From contig CAWJOJ010000041.1 in the NCBI GenBank assembly GCA_963844385.1, forward strand, positions 71,412 through 135,411: a DNA stretch of 64,000 bases, read 5' to 3'. The first letter of the stretch is position 1, and every line of letters begins with the position of its first letter. The DNA is from an uncultured Actinomycetota bacterium. Lineage in GTDB: Bacteria > Actinomycetota > Actinomycetes > Propionibacteriales > Nocardioidaceae. The notes beneath the pieces were generated by a model. That model was not told the DNA's origin. It made no database searches and saw only the letters and a list, made by a program, of their open reading frames with translations. The position numbers and the translations under genes were made by a program. Positions 57,586 through 64,000 of this stretch are shown in pieces.

Positions 57586-58774
57586 TCAGTTCGTCGGGCT
57601 CTCCCCGAGCGTGACCGTTGCGGTGTGGCTCGCGCCGCTGCCGTCGGTCCACTCGAGGGTGACCTCGTCGCCGGGCTCGTAGGTGGCCAGGGTGTCGACC
57701 AGGACGTCGTACGACGTGATCTGGGTGTCGCCCAGAGCCGTGATGGTGTCGCCTGCAGCGAGTCCCGCGTCCGCGGCCGGCCCGCCGGATTCGACCTGCG
57801 CGACGCTCGCCGCGACCGGGTTGGCGACGCCGATGCCGAGGTAGGCCTTGGGACCGATCGTCACCGAGCCGCTCTCGTCGCCCTCCTCGATCTGGTCGAC
57901 CACCGCCATGGCGTCGTCGATCGGGACGGCGTAGCTGTCCCCGACTATCGACGACATCCCACGGTAGCCATTGGTCGACGCCGCGGTGTTGATGCCGACG
58001 ACCTCATTTTCGTCGTCGAGCAACGGGCCTCCGGAGTAGCCCGGCACCACCGCGGCGTCGGTCTCGATGAGTCCAGTCAGATCCTCCGAGGTGCCGAGCG
58101 GCCCACGGCCCTCGCCTGCGGTGATCGACTGGTCTTCGGCCACGATCGTGCCGGTCGCCGCGGACAGGAACCCCTGGCCTCCGGCGTTCCCGACGGCGGT
58201 GACCGCGTCGTCGGGCGAGGTGCCGTCGTCGTCGAGCTGGGCGGTCGCGAGGTCCTCGGCGCCTTCGAGCTGGAGCAGGGCAACGTCCTCGGTCTGGTCG
58301 TGCCCGACCACTTCGGCGTCATAGGTGTCCCCGGTTGTCGCCACGGTGACCCTGACCGTCGAGGAGTCCTCGACGACGTGGTAGTTCGTCAGCACCAGGC
58401 CGTCTGCGGACAGCACCACGCCGGTTCCCGCGCCCTCGCCGGTGGGGGTCAGCGTGTTCACGAGGACGACGCCTTCAGACTGCTCGTCGGTGGCGTCGGC
58501 GCCGCTCGACCGGGTCTCGGGGAAGGCCAACGAGCCATTTCCCCGGTCGGACGGCTGCTGCGGCTGGGTGGTCCCGTCGGAGGCCGATGCCGGGCTGGTG
58601 TCGTCGTTCCGGTCCAGCCAGAGCGTGCCGGGGATGGCGATCGAGGCCGCGAGCACGCCCCCGGCGACGCCACCGGCGAGCGCCGTACGCCAGCGGACGC
58701 GCCTGGGGGCGGGCGTCTCGGCGGGCGCGGCGGGCTCGGGGAGCAGGGTCGTGGTCTGCGGGCGAGTCGTTCAT
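57586..58774 (-). CDS. S1C (HtrA-like) serine protease with PDZ domain (frameshift near 58760)
   Basis: GTGVV, LTNYHVV, DVALLQL, IETDAAVVPGYSGGPL, VVGINTA and PDZ YLGIG...GPAADAGL..GDTI. Confidence 0.9.
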
Positions 58775-58839
58775 GGCGCCCAGTTGACGTCGCGTTCCTG
58801 CGAGGATCCCTAGCGGAACCTGTGCGTATCTTGTGGGTC

Positions 58840-60525
58840 ATGTCTGCCCGCACCTCGGCGCCCAGCCGCTATGCCTCCCTCGTCCGCCTCCTCATGCGCT
58901 ACGGCCGCTCCGACCTGGTTGCAGGCGCCGGTTTGGACGAGTTCGCAATCGAGGACGACCAGCCCGTCGGCGACACCGACAAGGCCCAGGCGTTCGCCGA
59001 CGACCTGGAGGCGATGGGTCCCACCTACGTCAAGCTCGGACAGCTCCTGTCGACCAGGTTCGACCTGCTGCCCGCCGCGTACACCACCGCGCTGACCCGG
59101 CTCCAGGATGCCGTCGACCCCTTCCCGTTCGAGACCGTGCAGCGGGTCGTCGAGGAGGAGTTCGGAGTGGGGCTCAAGCACCTGTTCGCCGAGTTCGACG
59201 CCGAACCGCTGGCCGCGGCTTCCCTGGGTCAGGTGCACCGTGCGACGTTGGCCAGCGGGCGCGATGTCGTGGTCAAGGTGCAGCGACCCGAAGCCCGGCA
59301 GATCATCCGGGGCGACATGGAGATCCTCACGAAGCTGGCGGCGCTGGCCGACAAGCGGACCGACGTCGGACGCAAGTACGGCTTCGGGCAGCTGCTGCGC
59401 CAGTTCGGTCGTTCCCTCGCTGCCGAGCTCGACTACCAGCGCGAGGCACGCAACCTGCTGCGGTTCGCCGACCTGACCCAAGGCTATGAGCTGCTCCTGG
59501 TCCCCGAGCCCGTCCTCGACTACACGACCTCCCGGGTCCTGACCATGACCCACATCGAGGGTCGCAAGGTCACCGACGTGGGGCCGTTGGCCCTGCAGGA
59601 GATCGAGACCGGTCCGATCGTCGAACAGCTCTTCCGGGCCTACCTCCGGACGATCCTGGACGAGGGCTTCATCCACGCCGACCCGCATCCGGGGAACCTG
59701 CTGATCACCCCCGAGGGCCACCTCGCCATCCTCGACCTGGGCATGGTCGCGACCGTCTCGCCGCGGATGCAGGACAAGATGGTCCGGCTTCTGGTCGCGA
59801 TCAGCGACGGCAACGGCGAGAAGGCGGCACTCGTGCTTGCCGAGATGGGCCACCCGCTCGAAGGGTACGACGCGGCGGCGTTCCGCGACGACGTGACGCA
59901 TCTCGTCTCCGAAGCCGTCGGCGACGGTGCCGATCTCCAGGCCGGCACCGTGCTGGTCGAGCTCAGTCGCGTCTCGGGCATGCACGGCCTCCGACCTCCG
60001 GCGGAGATGTCCATGATCGGGAAGGCTCTGCTCAACCTCGACCGGGCCACGAGCCACCTCGACCCGCAGTTCGCTCCAGCGCAGGCTCTGCGCGACAACC
60101 TCAGCGAGATCCTGGTCAGCGGTCTCAAGAGCTCGCCAGCCGACCTGGCCACGGCGGCGGTCGAGGCCAAGGAGTTCGCCTCCCAGCTTCCCCGTCGAGC
60201 CAACCGGATCCTCGACACCTTGGCCGAGGGCGAGTTCCAGCTGCGGGTCGAGGCGATTGACGAGGAGCGGCTGCACACGGTCTTGCAGCGGGTGGCCAAC
60301 CGGCTGACGCTCGGTCTGGTGATCGCCGCGACCATCATCGGAGCGGCCATGCTCATGCGGGTCCCGACGGACCATCATGTCTTGGGCTACCCGGCCGTCG
60401 CGATGCTGTTCTTCACGCTGGCCGTCCTGGGTGGCGTCGCACTCGCGGTCTGGATCGTGGTCACCGACCGCAAGGTGGCCAGGACTGCCCTGCAGACGTC
60501 CAGGACCGTTGAGGGCGCACGCTGA
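58840..60525 (+). CDS. ABC1/UbiB/AarF family atypical kinase
   Basis: GPTYVKLGQLLSTR, PLAAASLGQVH, VVVKVQRP, ELDY.RE, HADPHPGN and LDLGMV; C-terminal TM helices. Confidence 0.93.
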   Translation: MSARTSAPSRYASLVRLLMRYGRSDLVAGAGLDEFAIEDDQPVGDTDKAQAFADDLEAMGPTYVKLGQLLSTRFDLLPAAYTTALTRLQDAVDPFPFETVQRVVEEEFGVGLKHLFAEFDAEPLAAASLGQVHRATLASGRDVVVKVQRPEARQIIRGDMEILTKLAALADKRTDVGRKYGFGQLLRQFGRSLAAELDYQREARNLLRFADLTQGYELLLVPEPVLDYTTSRVLTMTHIEGRKVTDVGPLALQEIETGPIVEQLFRAYLRTILDEGFIHADPHPGNLLITPEGHLAILDLGMVATVSPRMQDKMVRLLVAISDGNGEKAALVLAEMGHPLEGYDAAAFRDDVTHLVSEAVGDGADLQAGTVLVELSRVSGMHGLRPPAEMSMIGKALLNLDRATSHLDPQFAPAQALRDNLSEILVSGLKSSPADLATAAVEAKEFASQLPRRANRILDTLAEGEFQLRVEAIDEERLHTVLQRVANRLTLGLVIAATIIGAAMLMRVPTDHHVLGYPAVAMLFFTLAVLGGVALAVWIVVTDRKVARTALQTSRTVEGAR

Positions 60526-60540
60526 CCTCGCGTGGCCCGA

Positions 60541-61203
60541 TCACACCGCTCCCGTGCCGGGCCGCACCAGGCCATGGTCGAAGGCGAAGACCACCGCCGC
60601 GGCCCGGTCGCGCAGCTGCAGCTTCGCGAACACGTGCCCCACGTGAGTCTTGACCGTTCCCTCGCCGAGGAAGAGCGCCTCTGCGATCTCGGTGTTGCTG
60701 AGCCCGGACCCGATCAGCACGAGCACCTCGCGCTCACGCGGAGTCAGCACCGCGAGGGCCGGGTCGGGAGGTCGAGGGACCGGGCCATCGCGGTACGCCG
60801 CCAGGACCCGCGCCGTGACGGCGGGGTCCAGCCAGGCCCCACCCTCGGCGACCGTACGCACGGCGCGCTGCAGGTCCTCGACCGGCACACCCTTGAGCAG
60901 GAATCCGGCCGCCCCCGCCCGCAGCGCGCCGGCCAGGATCTCCTCGTCCTCGAACGTGGTGAGCACGAGCACCGGCGGTGCCTGGTCGGACGCCCGCAGC
61001 TGCTGGGTTGCGGTCACCCCGTCGACCCCGGGCATCCGCACGTCCATGAGTACGACGTCCGGTCGCGACTCCTCGACCGCGGCGACCACACCGGCGCCAT
61101 CGGACAGCTCGGCGACGATCTCGAAGCCGAACCGTGCTCGCAGGATGCCCCGCAGCCCGGCCCGGACGAGCTCCTGGTCGTCGACCAGCATCACCCGGAT
61201 CAC
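60541..61203 (-). CDS. NarL/LuxR-family response regulator
   Basis: VDDQELVRAGL, DVVLMDVRMP, LTTF, GFLLK, LTPREREVL and TVKTHV. Confidence 0.95.
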   Translation of the reverse strand: MIRVMLVDDQELVRAGLRGILRARFGFEIVAELSDGAGVVAAVEESRPDVVLMDVRMPGVDGVTATQQLRASDQAPPVLVLTTFEDEEILAGALRAGAAGFLLKGVPVEDLQRAVRTVAEGGAWLDPAVTARVLAAYRDGPVPRPPDPALAVLTPREREVLVLIGSGLSNTEIAEALFLGEGTVKTHVGHVFAKLQLRDRAAAVVFAFDHGLVRPGTGAV

Positions 61204-62321
61204 AGTCGCCCCGCGCCGTCCGGAGCGCCGTCCGAAGCGCCGTCCGAATCACCGGGCAGCACCGCGCGCACCCGCCATCCTCTTTCGGCAGGCCCGGCGA
61301 CGAGATCCCCGCCGAGGACCTCAGCCCGCTCCTTCATCGTGGACAGGCCGATCCCACCGTGATTGTTCACTCCCGCCTCACCCGTGCTGTCGACCGTCAG
61401 GACGGTGTGTGCCGGGTCGACCTCGATCCGAACCCGGGTCGCGGCCCCGGCCGCGTGCCGGGCGACATTGGTCAACGCCTCCTGCAGGATCCGGTAGACG
61501 GTGATGGCGACGGTGGCCGGAAGCCGCCCCGGTTCTCCGACGACCTCGTAGGAGATGTCGACCCCGGCCCGGCGGAAACCGTCGACCAGCGTCGGAAGCT
61601 GCTCGGCGCCGGGCAGCGGCGTCGTCGCGGACGGGTCGCCGTCCTCGCGCAGCAGCCCGACTGCGTGCCGGACCTCGCGGAGGCTCTGCATGCCCAGTCG
61701 CTCCGCCTCGACGAGGGACGCGATCGCCTCGGCCGGATCCTCCTCGACGGCCAGCCGGGCGCTGGACACGTGCAGCTGAGAGACCGTCAGTGCGTGCCCG
61801 ATCACGTCATGGAGCTCGCGAGCGATCCGGTTCCGCTCCTCGACCCGCGCCCGGTCCGCCAGGCCGGCCTGCGCCTCGCGTAGCTCGTCGATGAGCTGGC
61901 CCTGGCGGCGGGCCATCAGGGCGAAGACGACGGTGAAGACGGTGCCGGCGATCCACGCCGCCCAGCCCAGATCCTCCTCCGCGAAGATCCATTCCGAGAG
62001 GATCACTGCGATCACCGCGACGGTGAAGAGGCCACCCAACAACACCCCGACGCGGAACATGCTCCACCCAGCCAGGACGCAGAACGCGAACCAGCCAACG
62101 TTCGACGAGGCACCCGAACAGAGCACAGTGACAGCGGCGCCGGCGACCAGGCAAGTCGCGAGGAGCCGCCAGCCGGTGGTGTGCAGGAACAGCGCCGCAA
62201 CGGCTGCGACGGCAACCGCCCCGACCACGACCACTGTGTCCCGGTCGCTGAACGCTGCGCCGATGGCAACGAACAGCGCGAGGGCGGCGGGTGCCGCCCA
62301 TCGCGCTGCCCGGTCAGTCAT
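61200..62321 (-). CDS. Sensor histidine kinase (HisKA_3)
   Basis: TM region; ERNRIARELHDVIGH, YRILQEALTNVARHA and GIGLSTMKER. Confidence 0.94.
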   Translation of the reverse strand: MTDRAARWAAPAALALFVAIGAAFSDRDTVVVVGAVAVAAVAALFLHTTGWRLLATCLVAGAAVTVLCSGASSNVGWFAFCVLAGWSMFRVGVLLGGLFTVAVIAVILSEWIFAEEDLGWAAWIAGTVFTVVFALMARRQGQLIDELREAQAGLADRARVEERNRIARELHDVIGHALTVSQLHVSSARLAVEEDPAEAIASLVEAERLGMQSLREVRHAVGLLREDGDPSATTPLPGAEQLPTLVDGFRRAGVDISYEVVGEPGRLPATVAITVYRILQEALTNVARHAAGAATRVRIEVDPAHTVLTVDSTGEAGVNNHGGIGLSTMKERAEVLGGDLVAGPAERGWRVRAVLPGDSDGASDGAPDGAGRL

Positions 62322-62360
62322 CGGTTCAGCCTAGTCTCGGTCCAGTCTCGGGCAGGGACG

Positions 62361-63152
62361 TCACAGCGACGTCCGCCGAGCCGCCAGCGCCAATGCCGCC
62401 AGCGCGAGCGCCACCACGGCGACGAGGCTGCCGGTCGCGTTGCCCATCCCCAGCCAGGGCTCGCGCACGGAGTTGGTCACCAGCGCCAGCGGCAGCACGC
62501 CGGAGATCTTCTCCAGGGCGTCGCCCATCACAGCCGGCGGCGGGCCGCCGACACCCAGCAGGAAAGACGGGAAGAACAGCAGCAGCCCGATCGCCTGCGC
62601 CGAACGTGCCGAGGGCAGGACGGTCCCGAGCAGCACGCCGATGCTGACGAAGGCCACGGAGCCGGCCGCGACGCCGGCGACGACGCGCCACCAGTCCTGC
62701 ACCTCGGGCACGCCGTACACGGGAGCCGCGACAGCCAGCAGCAGCGCTCCGCCCAACACGACCGTGGTGAGCCCGACGACAAGCTGCGCGAGGGCGAACG
62801 ACCAGCGTGGGAAGGCCGAGGCCGCGAACCGGCGCAGCACGCCGCGCTCGCGGTACGACGCGATGTGCACCGGCAGCATGATCAGCCCGGTGGCCCCGAT
62901 GACGACGGTGAAGTACGACGCGACGTACCACTCGGAGGGGTTCTGGCCAGCGAACGCCGGATCGGGTTCGCTGCCGAAGGAGCCGCCGATGATCAGCATG
63001 GTGACGATCGGGAAGACGAAGACGAAGGTCAGGGTGAGCGGGTCGCGGACCATGAGCCGCATCTCGGTGCCGATCAGGCGCCGTACGACTGACTTGGGGC
63101 GGCGGGTGACAGCGCTGGGCTGGTCGGGTCGGCTGTCGAGGGTGATGGTCAT
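62361..63152 (-). CDS. ABC-2 type exporter permease
   Basis: Six TM helices; EMRLMVRDP and YRERGVLRR. Confidence 0.9.
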   Translation of the reverse strand: MTITLDSRPDQPSAVTRRPKSVVRRLIGTEMRLMVRDPLTLTFVFVFPIVTMLIIGGSFGSEPDPAFAGQNPSEWYVASYFTVVIGATGLIMLPVHIASYRERGVLRRFAASAFPRWSFALAQLVVGLTTVVLGGALLLAVAAPVYGVPEVQDWWRVVAGVAAGSVAFVSIGVLLGTVLPSARSAQAIGLLLFFPSFLLGVGGPPPAVMGDALEKISGVLPLALVTNSVREPWLGMGNATGSLVAVVALALAALALAARRTSL

Positions 63153-64000
63153 CGGACTGCTCCGATCAGGTCGTGGGTGGTCCTCGAGGGCTCTTCGTTC
63201 TGGGAGTCGGTGCTGGACGTGCCGTCCAGCAGGGCCAGCAGGGCGGACTCGAGGTTGGGTACGTCAACCCGAAGGTCGGCGGGCACTGGACCGTTCGCGA
63301 CCAGCCAGGCGCCGACGTGGGCGATGCTCTGACGCTCGCCACTCACGGTGATCCGCCCAGCGGCGTACGACGCGTCCCGCACCCCGGGCAGGGCGTGCAG
63401 CTCGGGCAGGGTTTGGGCGGCGCCGGTGAAGCTCACCACGGCAGCGCCGGCGTGCCGGGTGACGAGCTCGGCCGGCGTCCCGGCGTCGAGCACCCGGCCG
63501 GACCGCATGGCCACCACCCGCTCACACAGGGCTTCGGCCTCGTCGAGCTCGTGGGTCACCAGCAGCACGGTGGTGCCGGCGTCGCGGAGCCGGGCGACCG
63601 CCGTCCACACCTCGCGGCGGGCGGCGGGATCGAGGCCCTGGGTCAGCTCGTCGAGGATCACCAGTCGCGGCCGGTTGAGCAGCGCCAGGATGAGGAACAG
63701 GCGCTGCCGCTCGCCGCCGCTGAGGGAGGCGAACGCCGAGCGTCGCCGGGCCGCCAACCCGAACTGCTCCAGAAGCTCGTCCGCGTTGCGGGCCCGGGCC
63801 GTCGAGAAGAGGTCGATCGCCTCGCTCACCCTGAGCCGGTCTGGAAGTCCGGAGTCCTGTAGCTGGCTTCCGATCTGCGGGCGCAGCCGGTCGGCATCCT
63901 TGATCGGGTCGAGCCCGAGGACCTTCACGACGCCCGCATCCGGGCGTCGCAGTCCTTGCAGACACTCGACGGTGGTCGTCTTGCCGGCGCCGTTGGCGCC
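63149..64000 (-). CDS. ABC exporter ATP-binding protein (5' end outside the window)
   Basis: GANGAGKTT at the window edge; LSGGERQR, ILDELTQGLDP and LVTHELDEAE. Confidence 0.93.
   Translation of the reverse strand, partial: GANGAGKTTTVECLQGLRRPDAGVVKVLGLDPIKDADRLRPQIGSQLQDSGLPDRLRVSEAIDLFSTARARNADELLEQFGLAARRRSAFASLSGGERQRLFLILALLNRPRLVILDELTQGLDPAARREVWTAVARLRDAGTTVLLVTHELDEAEALCERVVAMRSGRVLDAGTPAELVTRHAGAAVVSFTGAAQTLPELHALPGVRDASYAAGRITVSGERQSIAHVGAWLVANGPVPADLRVDVPNLESALLALLDGTSSTDSQNEEPSRTTHDLIGAVR

Overview
High-GC actinobacterial chromosomal segment; gene content and style suggest Nocardioides or a relative (inference). It holds about 55 protein-coding genes, and I see no rRNA, tRNA, CRISPR array or transposase. 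About 18 single-base frameshifts interrupt otherwise intact genes, most likely from an unpolished long-read assembly. Main blocks: (1) a leucine/branched-chain acyl-CoA carboxylase operon with a BkaR/AccR-like TetR and visible operators (5.9-12.3 kb); (2) SNF2/SWIM, DUF1800/DUF1501, RecQ-PRTase and peptidase genes (14-28 kb); (3) a 21-kb choline/glycine-betaine catabolic island (28.6-49.9 kb) that joins BetAB, a betaine ABC importer, a GcvT-type dimethylglycine dehydrogenase with ETF, PurU and MetF to a complete anaerobe-style corrinoid methyl-transfer set (non-pyrrolysine MttB, corrinoid protein, pterin-binding methyltransferase, RACE/RamA-type activator, DUF1638), with a shared tandem 17-bp operator; (4) a DUF692 (MNIO) enzyme followed by a frameshift-hidden, membrane-anchored peptide ending SSSCSSSSCSSGSSCGGGGCGGGN, a candidate RiPP-like system (56.1-57.6 kb); (5) three families of short palindromic repeats, one repeatedly inserted in-frame into enzymes.
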